Origin: a virus
Length of the DNA: 64,000 nucleotides
Virus record (IMG/VR): IMGVR_UViG_3300034374_005671
Span: 1 to 64,000 of that record
Strand: one strand, 5' to 3'
The stretch's first letter is position 1; each line of letters opens with the position of its first letter. The notes beneath the pieces were generated by a model, which was not told where the DNA came from, did no database searches, and worked only from the letters and a program-made list of their open reading frames with translations. Both the position numbers and the translations under genes were made by a program. Below, one piece after another: positions 1-9,621 of this stretch.

Positions 1-330
1 ATTGGCTCTGGAATCATGGATAACTCAATTACAGATAATAGAGGCAGCGGAAAGCGTTCTCCTTTTAGTAACTATCAAGATGGAAGTGGCTTTGGAACTA
101 CTAATAGACCTAAAGGCTTAATCATGCCTAGTGTTGAGGAACTAGCGAAGTCTCAAAAGAGTCCTAAAAAGATGAAAAAAACGCTTAAAAAAGCAACACC
201 CCCTAAACCTAGGAATCAGGGTGCTCGTTTTGATTTAAATTCAAAAGGTCTTAAGAGGGGACGAAAAGGTCCTATCAGTGATAGACGAGCTAAAAAGTTG
301 GATAGAAGAATCCGTAGAAACGCACTATAA
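1..330 (+). CDS. Basic (Lys/Arg-rich) putative virion/core protein, probably 5'-truncated by the window edge
   Basis: Frame is open from base 1 (IGSGIMDNS...). Contains YQDGSG and a very basic C-terminus. IGSG[IV]MDNS recurs at 30694-30720. Confidence 0.6.
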   Translation: MGSGIMDNSITDNRGSGKRSPFSNYQDGSGFGTTNRPKGLIMPSVEELAKSQKSPKKMKKTLKKATPPKPRNQGARFDLNSKGLKRGRKGPISDRRAKKLDRRIRRNAL

Positions 331-339
331 TCTTCTGAT

Positions 340-654
340 ATGAATTATAGAAGAATGTATCAACAAGGAGGAAGACCAATGCCCCAAAGAGGGGCGGGTC
401 AACCTGCTTCACCTGCTAAGGAAGTGTCTCCCCAAGAACTATTCAATAGATTAGTTGAAGAGTTAATGGCTCAAGGACTTTCAGAGGAAGAAGCTGTTGC
501 TGAAGCTAATAAAGTAATGGCTAGTAAAGGAGGAGCAGTTCAAGCTAAAGACGGGGGTAAAATATCTAAAAGGAAAAAGAAAAAGAAATCTACCCCTAAA
601 TATAAAGATGGAGGCACCTTTGGTGTACAAGGAGGCAGGTCGCCTTTCTCCTAA
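340..654 (+). CDS. Small basic protein with repeated xxGG motifs (putative core/cargo protein)
   Basis: 104 aa; MYQQGG, ASKGG, AKDGG, YKDGG and a poly-Lys tract. Confidence 0.65.
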   Translation: MNYRRMYQQGGRPMPQRGAGQPASPAKEVSPQELFNRLVEELMAQGLSEEEAVAEANKVMASKGGAVQAKDGGKISKRKKKKKSTPKYKDGGTFGVQGGRSPFS

Positions 655-689
655 AAAGACCATTTAAAAACCACTTAAAACAACCAATT

Positions 690-1601
690 ATGTATTCAGA
701 ATGCTTTGAAATAGTCAAAGGTAGAGTTTATCGTATTGTAGAAAAAGTAGACGATTCAACTCCAGGAGGATTAAGAGATATCAATAGATATAAAATGGTA
801 TCATACACCGCTGAACCAGCAAGATGCTTGTACATCGGTAACCCTGAAACAGGTAGATATGATACTGGATTTGATGAGAACTCAGTTGAGTTTGCAGGAA
901 AATCTAGCTCTGAAGCCGCGAAAGTTATAAAAGAAAGAAAGGACCTTATCGATTGGTTTAACAGAAAGAAAGAAAATTATTTCAAGACCAATCCTACAGC
1001 TACCGAAAATGATTTTATAGCTTCCGATAACTGCGGTATTGATTTGTCTCACAATGTGATTATTGATACAAATGACATGGACCAATACTTTAAGCTTTAC
1101 ATGGCTTATAGAGGAGGTCAACTTACTCCGCACTGTGACCAAAGTAACCCGAGATATAACGGGTCTTTATATTCAGTAGTAGATACTACTAAGAGTGCAG
1201 AGGACCAAACTACAGCATCTGAAAAGAAATTAGAAGTAATGACTTGGTTTGGAAACTTACACAAGAAAGATTCTGACAGGTTGAAGCAATACTTACAGTA
1301 TGTAGGAGCTTTACGAAGAGGTCAGAGTGCAACAAAAGGTGTAATGCTTTCACTCTTAGAAAAATGGATTGCAGACTCTAGAAACTTAGAATACATTCTA
1401 GAGACAATCAAAGAAACTGATTACGAAGAAATCTTAATTAAGAATAGGATTAACGATTTCGTAAAAAGAAGAAAAATTATTAAAGAAGACGGAACCTATT
1501 ATATAGACGGTGAAAAGCTAGGAAGAACTGTTAATCAAGCTTATGTTACCCTAACTAAGGTTGGAAACGAAGAACTCCTAGAGAAACTTCAACTTGACTG
1601 A
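690..1601 (+). CDS. Conserved crAss-like capsid-module protein (positionally gene-75-like)
   Basis: 303 aa; first of three genes matching the crAss-like gene 75/74/73 block in size and order. Product inferred from synteny. Confidence 0.5.
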   Translation: MYSECFEIVKGRVYRIVEKVDDSTPGGLRDINRYKMVSYTAEPARCLYIGNPETGRYDTGFDENSVEFAGKSSSEAAKVIKERKDLIDWFNRKKENYFKTNPTATENDFIASDNCGIDLSHNVIIDTNDMDQYFKLYMAYRGGQLTPHCDQSNPRYNGSLYSVVDTTKSAEDQTTASEKKLEVMTWFGNLHKKDSDRLKQYLQYVGALRRGQSATKGVMLSLLEKWIADSRNLEYILETIKETDYEEILIKNRINDFVKRRKIIKEDGTYYIDGEKLGRTVNQAYVTLTKVGNEELLEKLQLD

Positions 1602-2269
1602 TGGATATACAAGAAGCATACTTAAGATTTTTAACTAAGGTAAATAAGAACTTAAGTTCTAATAATATAACTGCTTCTAAAGACAGGTTCGTTCTTCTTT
1701 ATAATGAAGAACAGATAAGACGGGTAGAGTACATTCTTGACAATAAGAATGATGACGAGATTAGAGAGATTAACACTTTTCTTGTTCAAAATAACAACCT
1801 ACCTCAAACATCACAGATAGATGACAAGGCGATAGTAGCACTGCCAGATGATTACCTAGACCTTTCCAGTGCTTATGCTTATGCAAAGTCAGCCGATTGC
1901 GAAGGGATTCGATTGAGTCTCTTTGAAATAAAAGACTTTGACTCTGAAAGCTACATATTCGACCCAAACAACGGTCCCTCTCTTAAGTGGAGAGAAGCTC
2001 CTTTCTATGTCGGAGCAAGAGCCTTGAACATCATTACAGATAACTTTGAAATAGAACGAGTACATTTATCGTATTATCGTCATCCACGAACAATTGATAT
2101 TTCGGGATACATAGACATAAATGGAAACGCTTCTACAGATATAGACCCCGAAGGTGACGATGCTTTTGTTAATAAAGTAATTTCGATGTGCGCAGAGTCA
2201 TTCTTCAGGAACTATGGGGATGCCAATCAATTTGGTATTCAAAGGGATAGGATTATTAATAACATTTAA
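1601..2269 (+). CDS. Head-tail connector/ring protein (crAss-like gene-74-type)
   Basis: 222 aa; helical N-terminus (F-x-x-K-V-N-K...LYNEEQ) and the YYRHP motif resemble crAss-like ring proteins. Overlaps the upstream stop (TGATG). Confidence 0.55.
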   Translation: MDIQEAYLRFLTKVNKNLSSNNITASKDRFVLLYNEEQIRRVEYILDNKNDDEIREINTFLVQNNNLPQTSQIDDKAIVALPDDYLDLSSAYAYAKSADCEGIRLSLFEIKDFDSESYIFDPNNGPSLKWREAPFYVGARALNIITDNFEIERVHLSYYRHPRTIDISGYIDINGNASTDIDPEGDDAFVNKVISMCAESFFRNYGDANQFGIQRDRIINNI

Positions 2270-2290
2270 ATTTAACTAAAACTCGAAATT

Positions 2291-4708
2291 ATGAATTCAC
2301 GTTCTCACAATTCAGCGTATTCACGCTTGATGGTTCTCTCAGAATTGGGAGGCCAATCAGTGGCCACTGCAGGAACAGGGTCACTAAGACTTGCTAATGG
2401 GCAGGTTGGTTTATTTAGAATGGCCTCTAAAACTGCAAACGGGCCAACCGCAGTAGCAAACCTTGACGGTTACGGAGCAAAAGAATTGTTCCAAATTCAA
2501 GTTGGTACAGGTCGCACACAGGATGCTGGTAACATGACTAACAAGAACTTTTCAACAATCTCTTTCACAAGAGATGATATTCTTGATGTCACTGTTGACA
2601 CAGCTAAAGCTCCTGTATATTCTTCTGTAACTTTAGGTTACAACGGAGTAGCTGGTACTGGTATCAAACTAAAAGAAAATGAGGCTACTACAGTTTCATT
2701 AAAATTATTCGGTGAGCAACTTTCTTACCTCGGTTTCCGTGATGGAGTTGCTAATATGGAATTCAGCGTATTCTCAGGCTCTCCTGATGCTTGTGATAAC
2801 TGTTTAAATCCATGTGCTACTACTTCTTGTACTTCTATCGTAAGAGACCTAGTTGAAAACATTAGAACTTACGAACTTCGTGCTGGTTCTGATGCTGGAA
2901 CAGGTGCATCTATCAAAGTAGGTGACTTAGTAGACGTTATCGGTACTTACTCTTGTACTCCTGACTTAGTACCTTCTGCTACTACTGTTAAATACAGCCT
3001 CACAATAGAGGATGAAGGCACTGGCGAAGCATTAGCTGCAGTTGCTTCTCAATATACCGAAGATGTAGAAAGAATTTCTAGAGAAGGAATTACTTCTGTT
3101 TATCAATTAGTATCAGGAGGAGGTCTTCCTGCAGCTTTCCAAGCACCTGCTAGTATACTTATTGATGCCTCTGGAGATGAAAGAGAGGTTCGAATTCTTG
3201 AAGATTGTGATACATGCCCTGCAGGTTTCACTCAGTTTCCTGCAAGTGGGGATGGATTCCTTTACCAAGTAGTATTACCTGAAGGCGTAAATACAAGTAA
3301 CGTTCTTGCTCAACTTCAAACTGATACTGCTGTTACTGCTGCTAACTCTTCACTATTAGATACAAATACAAGAGGAACTGGTCCTGTAGGAACAGAAATC
3401 ATTATCTTGAATCTAGATGTGGAAATTACTGTTGAAGAATTAATCGCATCATTAGATAACGATGCAACATTAGCCTTGACTCCTGCTGAGTACGAAGCTT
3501 CTGCTGTTTCACCAGCTGATGCCATCTGTGTTGGCGATGTTGACTATGTAGCTACAACTGCTTGGGTTGCAGGTGAAACTTGTAATCTTTACCAAAAAAC
3601 AATTCAACTTGATGTAGACTTGGATTGTGGTCCTTTCGCTACACCAGCGGCTAAGACTACTGCTGCTAATGCTAAATTAGCTGAGTTACAAGCTATCTAT
3701 CCTGATTTAAGTGTAACGCTTAACGCTGCTAATATCGGAGATTGTAGAGCACGTTTTGACGGAGTATTGACTTCAGAACCAGTATGTGATGGTTGTGAGG
3801 TTGAAGAGCCAATCTTCCCAGCTATGCCAGATGACTATGAGTTTTCTGCTTGGTCTGAAAGAACTGTAGCAGAAGGTGAAATTACTTCTTACACTATCGC
3901 AGCAGGTACACTTTCTGTAGATGCCGCTGATGGAGGTGCAGCAGGAGCTGAAACTTTAACTCAAGGAACTTCTGCAGCATTTGTTTCTACAAGTGGTAGC
4001 GGAACAGGAGCAGTTGTAAAAGTTGAGCTTGATGCTGCAAGTAACACTGTTACTTCCGTAGCCCTTGCTGATGGAGGTGAAGGATTTGCAGTAGGAGATA
4101 CTATTTCTCTTAACATTGCTTTAGCACCATTCTCTACATCTTCAACAGGTACAATCACTCTTACTATTACAGGAGTTGGTGGAGAGTTCCCAGACGATTG
4201 CGAATGTGGTATCAAATTCGTTGCTAAGAACGCTTTCTTATGTCCTCCAGCAATGCTTGCAGAGCAAATTGGAACTTTCACTCCTAAAGGAGTTAAAATC
4301 CAAGTTTCTGGTGGTGAAGCTCCTTCAGTACTTCAAGAGGGTTACCAATATGTAACTACTCCATTCCGTGTAACTCGTCACGAAAGAGACTTTGACGGAA
4401 CTAGCTGGGGTATTAACTACGTGAAGCAAGAGAAAGCTTCTGCTGAGTACTTCGCTGGAATTTCTCCACGAATGAGCTACGCTGAAGGTTACTTGAGTGG
4501 ATTCGAAACTAAGCTTGAGCCTTGTTTACAATATGACAAGTTCACAGTTAAGTTGAGAAGAAACAACTACGCTGGAACAGCAAGCCGCAGAATGGCTGAG
4601 GAAATCAGATACGTATTCTTGATTCCTCAAGGTGCTCAGTGCGCATACCAAGACTTCATTGAAGCTCTAGGTGGAGTGACTGAATGTCCCACAGTAGCAG
4701 GAGTCTAA
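2291..4708 (+). CDS. Large structural protein (auxiliary capsid/gene-73-like), Cys-rich
   Basis: 805 aa with strong high-expression codon bias (GCT, ACT, TTC, AAC), followed by a strong terminator. Contains a GSGTGA...GGEGFAVGD beta insertion of the kind seen in marine phage structural proteins. Confidence 0.55.
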   Translation: MNSRSHNSAYSRLMVLSELGGQSVATAGTGSLRLANGQVGLFRMASKTANGPTAVANLDGYGAKELFQIQVGTGRTQDAGNMTNKNFSTISFTRDDILDVTVDTAKAPVYSSVTLGYNGVAGTGIKLKENEATTVSLKLFGEQLSYLGFRDGVANMEFSVFSGSPDACDNCLNPCATTSCTSIVRDLVENIRTYELRAGSDAGTGASIKVGDLVDVIGTYSCTPDLVPSATTVKYSLTIEDEGTGEALAAVASQYTEDVERISREGITSVYQLVSGGGLPAAFQAPASILIDASGDEREVRILEDCDTCPAGFTQFPASGDGFLYQVVLPEGVNTSNVLAQLQTDTAVTAANSSLLDTNTRGTGPVGTEIIILNLDVEITVEELIASLDNDATLALTPAEYEASAVSPADAICVGDVDYVATTAWVAGETCNLYQKTIQLDVDLDCGPFATPAAKTTAANAKLAELQAIYPDLSVTLNAANIGDCRARFDGVLTSEPVCDGCEVEEPIFPAMPDDYEFSAWSERTVAEGEITSYTIAAGTLSVDAADGGAAGAETLTQGTSAAFVSTSGSGTGAVVKVELDAASNTVTSVALADGGEGFAVGDTISLNIALAPFSTSSTGTITLTITGVGGEFPDDCECGIKFVAKNAFLCPPAMLAEQIGTFTPKGVKIQVSGGEAPSVLQEGYQYVTTPFRVTRHERDFDGTSWGINYVKQEKASAEYFAGISPRMSYAEGYLSGFETKLEPCLQYDKFTVKLRRNNYAGTASRRMAEEIRYVFLIPQGAQCAYQDFIEALGGVTECPTVAGV

Positions 4709-4730
4709 TCGACTGATTCATTAACCTAAG

Positions 4731-4758
4731 AAGGGGGAGGGTATCCTCCCCCTTTTTT
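4731..4758 (+). terminator. Rho-independent terminator
   Basis: AAGGGGGAGG-gtat-CCTCCCCCTT followed by a T tract. Confidence 0.9.
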
Positions 4759-4772
4759 ATAAATATATTATC

Positions 4773-4859
4773 ATGGCTAGTAATCCAGGACTATCAAAAT
4801 TTTTTGAAAGAATGCGTGAACTCGCAGAAAAAATTAAACAACAAAATAACGGGAAATGA
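4773..4859 (+). CDS. Small hypothetical protein (28 aa), not in the ORF track
   Basis: MASNPGLSKFFERMRELAEKIKQQNNGK*; ATGA overlap with the next gene's start. Confidence 0.5.
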   Translation: MASNPGLSKFFERMRELAEKIKQQNNGK

Positions 4860-5905
4860 GTTTATCTAAGTACACAGCGAGTACGCCCACATACGACTTC
4901 TCTATACCAAAGGAAAGAGTAATTAAACAAAATTGCAACATTCCTGTAGGGTATAAGAGACTTTCGTGTTATTTCGCAAATACTGCGGAAAATGGCGTTT
5001 ATTTTAAAGTAGGACAAGAAGGTGCAAAGACTATTGCACTTGGAGGACCTTTAACAGAAGACACAATTGTAGGAAACACTGAGACTGACTTTTCTATCGC
5101 CATCAGTACAGGTGATGATAAGAAAGGAGGTGCAGGTTTTATAGCTATTGAGAAGTTAGATGATAATGGGAAACTGCCTCAAGGTTTTCCCCTTAGAGAC
5201 TTCTTTACAATAACTGATGCTACCGCATTCCCAGGCACCCAAAAAGTAATTAATGAAGAAGGTGCAGTACTATATGTTTCTAAGTTTGAAAACGATTTAA
5301 CTAGAGGACAGTTTGCAATAAAAACAGTCGGTCTAGACTCAGAAGGAACATTAAACCTTCTAAATCCAGGTCAACCTGCTATTTATAGCACAGACATTAC
5401 AACCTCCTATGAGAGTGATGCATATTCCTTTTTAGCTATTAACAACTTAGGAAATCCTGCTACTTTTGGTACGGCAGGAAAGGCTGGTATAATTGTAAGT
5501 GCAACTTCTGTAAGAGAGGATGCAGTCATAAATGTGCTGTCTAGAACTCAGGATGCTACCAAAAATGCAGTAACTACGGTGTCTGCCGAGGATTTTACCA
5601 CGGATATAGGACATTCTTTAGTCCTGCAAGTAAATGCAGGGGTTAAAAACTTTAACTATTCTAAAGTTGTACCAAGCACTAATACCACAACACCAGTCTA
5701 TAGCTTTCCCACACCTAACACATCACCTGGAGCAAATCAAATGCTCATAACAGATAGTAACAGTGTACTTCAGTTTTCTGATATACAAGCTGTACTAGCC
5801 CTTGTACCTGCATATGTAGACAATGCTACTGCTGTTGGAGCAGGATTAGTTGTGGGTGATACCTATTATAACACAACTAGTACTACATATACTAGAGTAG
5901 TATAA
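4856..5905 (+). CDS. Putative fibre/decoration protein
   Basis: 349 aa, beta-rich and Thr/Gly-rich. N-terminal IPK-x6-C motif shared with 5917 and 8055. C-terminal YVDNATAVGAGLVVGDTYY motif. Confidence 0.5.
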   Translation: MSLSKYTASTPTYDFSIPKERVIKQNCNIPVGYKRLSCYFANTAENGVYFKVGQEGAKTIALGGPLTEDTIVGNTETDFSIAISTGDDKKGGAGFIAIEKLDDNGKLPQGFPLRDFFTITDATAFPGTQKVINEEGAVLYVSKFENDLTRGQFAIKTVGLDSEGTLNLLNPGQPAIYSTDITTSYESDAYSFLAINNLGNPATFGTAGKAGIIVSATSVREDAVINVLSRTQDATKNAVTTVSAEDFTTDIGHSLVLQVNAGVKNFNYSKVVPSTNTTTPVYSFPTPNTSPGANQMLITDSNSVLQFSDIQAVLALVPAYVDNATAVGAGLVVGDTYYNTTSTTYTRVV

Positions 5906-5916
5906 AATAAAATAAA

Positions 5917-6588
5917 ATGGCAAAAGAAGTATTAATACCAAAAAAATGGATATGGGATGGAAGTTGTACTTATTCTACTAAGTATGAATTTCTTTCCAAT
6001 TACTTTATAAAGCAACCAGCAACAGCTGGCACTGCAGGACAAGTTCTTGCACTTAACTCTGATTTAGAGCCTGTATGGACAGACGAAGGAGAACTTCCTG
6101 CTCCAGGTACGGAAGGGCAAGTTTTGGCACTAAATGCTTCTTTAGAGCCTGTATGGCAAGATGACAAGACTACTACAATTTATCAAACATCAGATGTACC
6201 TAGTTCTTTTAACTATAAAGGAGATGTTTATATTCCAACCGCAACTGGTGTAACTTTAACTATAGGAAGTGTGCATTATTTAGCAGACAGTGGTGGTGAT
6301 GATAGACTAGCTGTAGTAAATGATGTAACATCTGCAGCGCAAATGACTGCATTTGTAGGTATTGCATTTGATACAGATGATACACAAGGTGTTCTTATAA
6401 AAGGTATTATCAACTTGGGTTCTAACCCTGGAACTAGTATTGGTGAACCTCTTTACTTAACTGGTTCAGGTGCATTATCTTCTACAGCACCATCTGGTGC
6501 AGGAGAATACGTAAGAGTGATGGGATATTATTTAGGGAATAACAAAGTATTCTTCAATCCATCACAAGACTTTATATTATTATCATAA
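5917..6588 (+). CDS. Putative fibre/capsid decoration protein
   Basis: Two GT.GQVLALN..LEPVW repeats; C-terminal GEPLYL...S.TAP..GEYVRVMGY domain typical of phage decoration/fibre proteins. Confidence 0.55.
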   Translation: MAKEVLIPKKWIWDGSCTYSTKYEFLSNYFIKQPATAGTAGQVLALNSDLEPVWTDEGELPAPGTEGQVLALNASLEPVWQDDKTTTIYQTSDVPSSFNYKGDVYIPTATGVTLTIGSVHYLADSGGDDRLAVVNDVTSAAQMTAFVGIAFDTDDTQGVLIKGIINLGSNPGTSIGEPLYLTGSGALSSTAPSGAGEYVRVMGYYLGNNKVFFNPSQDFILLS

Positions 6589-6598
6589 AAATAAAAAC

Positions 6599-6874
6599 AT
6601 GTTACAAGGTTCATTTACATTTAAAGGAATTTCATTACGTACAGCATATCTAGACTTAGCTAAGATAACTCTAGAGAATGGTACAGCAGTAGCTGAGTAT
6701 AGAGTATATGCAGACAAAGCTGCTTTTGAAGCAGACAAGACTCAATACTTAACAACTCACTCTGAAAGTTTTCCTTATACAACAAAGCAAATTGAAACTC
6801 TGTTGGATAACGGTAAAGCCGAAGCTAAAAAAGAAGGTAAAAGGTTTAACGGTTTTACTGACCCTCCAAAATAA
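6599..6874 (+). CDS. Small hypothetical protein (fibre-associated)
   Basis: 91-aa ORF in the operon, A-rich start. Confidence 0.5.
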   Translation: MLQGSFTFKGISLRTAYLDLAKITLENGTAVAEYRVYADKAAFEADKTQYLTTHSESFPYTTKQIETLLDNGKAEAKKEGKRFNGFTDPPK

Positions 6875-6880
6875 TAATCT

Positions 6881-7771
6881 ATGCCTACCATAGACAAACT
6901 TAATGGAGTAACAGCTACTGATATATCATCAGTGGATAACCACAATGCATCTGCTATTGCAAGCATTAATGGTCAAAGTTTAGTTACGTCTACGTTATTG
7001 TTAGATTTATATGGTGCTAATGTAGCTGCTGCTTACTCTTTACGTAAACTTAGAGCAGGATACACAGGTGCAGCAATAAGGGTTAGAGAATCCGTTTTTA
7101 ATACTGAACAAGATATTGGATTTGATTCTAATGGTGATTTAGATGAAGCAGCATTAACAGCTTTTACAAGTTATCCTGGAATGAATGGGCTCATAGTTAA
7201 ATGGTATGACCAAAGTGGTAATGGTAATGATGCTGTTCAACTTAGCACAGGAAGTCAGCCACATATTGTATTAAATAATGTAATACAAAAACATAATGGT
7301 AAACCTGCTGTTGTCCAGGATACAACCCTAGGTAATCCAAGTAATCAGTTTTTAGATACTCCTACAATTAGTGCAGTGCATAACTTTATTGTATTCTACC
7401 AACCTGCCGCAGGTGGTGGTCGAGCATATTACGCTGAATCAGCCACTAAAAAAGTATCACACGATGGATTTAGGATTGACTACGAGGATGGAGTAAACCC
7501 ACGCATAGATGGGGTTGCTAATATTAGAACTGATTACGTATTAAGTGAGGTAAAGTCCTTGAGTGGTACAGTCACAAGTATAATTAATGGGTCAACAGAT
7601 GCAAGTGGCACGGCAAATGTACTGCAAGTTGAAGCACTTATGGGTAATCCAACATCAGGAGGCGGTGCAATTGTAAAAATGCAAGAGATGATATTTTTTA
7701 GTGCAGACAAGTCTTCTGATGCAACAGCTATATCTACAGATATTAACACATACTATTCAATTTATCCATAA
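6881..7771 (+). CDS. Concanavalin A/LamG-like (arabinofuranosidase-B-like) lectin-fold virion protein
   Basis: AAAYSLRKL...YTGAAIRVR...DIGF...KWYDQSGNGNDA signature. Confidence 0.65.
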   Translation: MPTIDKLNGVTATDISSVDNHNASAIASINGQSLVTSTLLLDLYGANVAAAYSLRKLRAGYTGAAIRVRESVFNTEQDIGFDSNGDLDEAALTAFTSYPGMNGLIVKWYDQSGNGNDAVQLSTGSQPHIVLNNVIQKHNGKPAVVQDTTLGNPSNQFLDTPTISAVHNFIVFYQPAAGGGRAYYAESATKKVSHDGFRIDYEDGVNPRIDGVANIRTDYVLSEVKSLSGTVTSIINGSTDASGTANVLQVEALMGNPTSGGGAIVKMQEMIFFSADKSSDATAISTDINTYYSIYP

Positions 7772-8055
7772 TGCATTTATATTATCCATTTCCTGACGAA
7801 GCATCTGTTATTACAGCAAGTGAAGACATTTATGATTTGAATGCTCCCCCAAGAGATGAGCGTACAACCTTATATGCTTTTGATTGGTTTCCTAACTCAG
7901 GCAACCCAACCTATGTTCTTGCATGGAATGATGAGCCACAGACATTTGATACAGGAGATGTATTAGATGGTATCACTGCTCTTACAGAACAGGAAGCTAT
8001 TGATGCTGGTTATGAGATAGATGATGAGCACAGTGGTATGAGGAACTTAGAATAA
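7771..8055 (+). CDS. Small acidic hypothetical protein
   Basis: 94 aa, TAATG coupling on both sides. Confidence 0.55.
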   Translation: MHLYYPFPDEASVITASEDIYDLNAPPRDERTTLYAFDWFPNSGNPTYVLAWNDEPQTFDTGDVLDGITALTEQEAIDAGYEIDDEHSGMRNLE

Positions 8056-8609
8056 TGGCACACAGAAACAAAGACATAGTAATACCAAAAACTTGGATAA
8101 CTGATGGCACTTGCACTGTTAGCAGTAAGTATACCTCTTTACTAGATTTTCTAGATGAGAGGCAAACTGCTTATGCTGAAATGTATTCTGTAAATGGGGG
8201 GCAAACTTTTGAAATAAATGCTACATCTTTTACTCCATTAGAAAACACAGACCGAAGTGAGTTCTATAATATCGACTATGAAGCACCAGTAGGTACTTAT
8301 GGAGATAGCTTTGTAATTAAAATACCAGGAACATATCAATTTGTCGGGGCGTTTGCGGTATCAGTTAGCCAAAATAATGTAGATGTAGAAACTGGGGTAT
8401 TTCACAATGATGTTGAAGTACCAGAAAGTCAAAGTATAAGGTCTTTTCAAGGAGTTAGTGCATCAGGTGCATTTGCAGTAACATTTTTAAAATATCTACA
8501 AGTAGGTGACAAACTAGATGTAAGGTTTAAAGGTTCAGGTACTTTTGATTTGACAGCGGAAGCAATATCTTTTAATTTAAGCCTTTTAAGGGCACATGAC
8601 GGAGCATAA
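8055..8609 (+). CDS. C1q/TNF-like (BclA-CTD-like) trimeric fibre-tip protein
   Basis: F.IKIPGTYQF...L.VGDKLDVR jelly-roll pattern; N-terminal IPK-W motif. Confidence 0.55.
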   Translation: MAHRNKDIVIPKTWITDGTCTVSSKYTSLLDFLDERQTAYAEMYSVNGGQTFEINATSFTPLENTDRSEFYNIDYEAPVGTYGDSFVIKIPGTYQFVGAFAVSVSQNNVDVETGVFHNDVEVPESQSIRSFQGVSASGAFAVTFLKYLQVGDKLDVRFKGSGTFDLTAEAISFNLSLLRAHDGA

Positions 8610-8620
8610 AATAAGAAAAT

Positions 8621-9214
8621 ATGATTGAATTATGGATAGCCATTATAGGGCTTTTGAGTGTTTTTGTAGGTGGAATTCTAGGGGTGGTAAGCTCAAACTT
8701 CGATGCCTTTAAATATATGCTACCAAAGAAGTGGAGGAAGGAGACAAACTTCGGTCAGGTAGTGTCTACAAAACTACATCTAGACACATTAGCTAGGCTC
8801 TTACAAAATAGAGCAAACATAAACAAAGCAGTTCTTGTTCACGTATCTAACGGTGGAACTGTTGTAAAACCAGAGGGACTTTTGTATGGAACAATTATTA
8901 ACCCTACAGAATTCACTCACACATTTAACAAACAAGCTCTTGATAACGAATACATACATATGGTACAAGAAATATATCAAGATGGCAAAACTAAGAGAAG
9001 TGTAAAGGAATTGAATAAAAAAGGATTACTTCGTCCTTTATTGGTAGCACAAAAAGTCGGGGAAACTCATTGCTTCCATGTAAAGGAAATCCACAATAAA
9101 AACAATTTCTGTTACATCTTCTTGGCTGTTGACGTTCACATGGGTGCAACGCTAAATGACGAGGATTTTGATGCAATCAGGAACGTCATCAGTCAGATAC
9201 AAAACATATTGTAA
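8621..9214 (+). CDS. Putative holin (single N-terminal TM plus soluble GAF-like domain, T4 T-like architecture)
   Basis: Hydrophobic residues 3-24 followed by a soluble domain containing HVSNGG; lies upstream of a spanin-like pair. Confidence 0.45.
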   Translation: MIELWIAIIGLLSVFVGGILGVVSSNFDAFKYMLPKKWRKETNFGQVVSTKLHLDTLARLLQNRANINKAVLVHVSNGGTVVKPEGLLYGTIINPTEFTHTFNKQALDNEYIHMVQEIYQDGKTKRSVKELNKKGLLRPLLVAQKVGETHCFHVKEIHNKNNFCYIFLAVDVHMGATLNDEDFDAIRNVISQIQNIL

Positions 9215-9621
9215 TGAATTTGGATATTAAGAATATTTTACGTAAATTCGAAGAGCGTGGAGGAGCCAAGATATTGGACTTTCTCCTTCGTCTTTCTATC
9301 CTATGTATCTTGATAGGAATACTGTTTACTAAGGGTTGCAACTCAAAAGACAGTTACATAGACCAAGACATTATCAACAAGCGTAAGAAAGTAGAGCAAG
9401 AGCTTGATGCTCTTCTTGAAATGACCAAAGACATAAAAAGCAGTCAGTCTAAAATGGACAGTCTGCAAATAAGCATTTATAATGAATTAACCAATTTTGA
9501 AAACCTACTAACTGAAAACATTTATGAAACCGATTCTACTCTTATTATTATTCGCAATACTCCCTTGGACAGCATACTCTCAGGAATCCCCGAATATAGT
9601 GGAGACAATGGAGGTCTTTAG
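9214..9621 (+). CDS. Putative spanin-like membrane protein
   Basis: TM segment LSILCILIGILF followed by coiled coil; overlaps the next ORF by 98 nt. Confidence 0.4.
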   Translation: MNLDIKNILRKFEERGGAKILDFLLRLSILCILIGILFTKGCNSKDSYIDQDIINKRKKVEQELDALLEMTKDIKSSQSKMDSLQISIYNELTNFENLLTENIYETDSTLIIIRNTPLDSILSGIPEYSGDNGGL

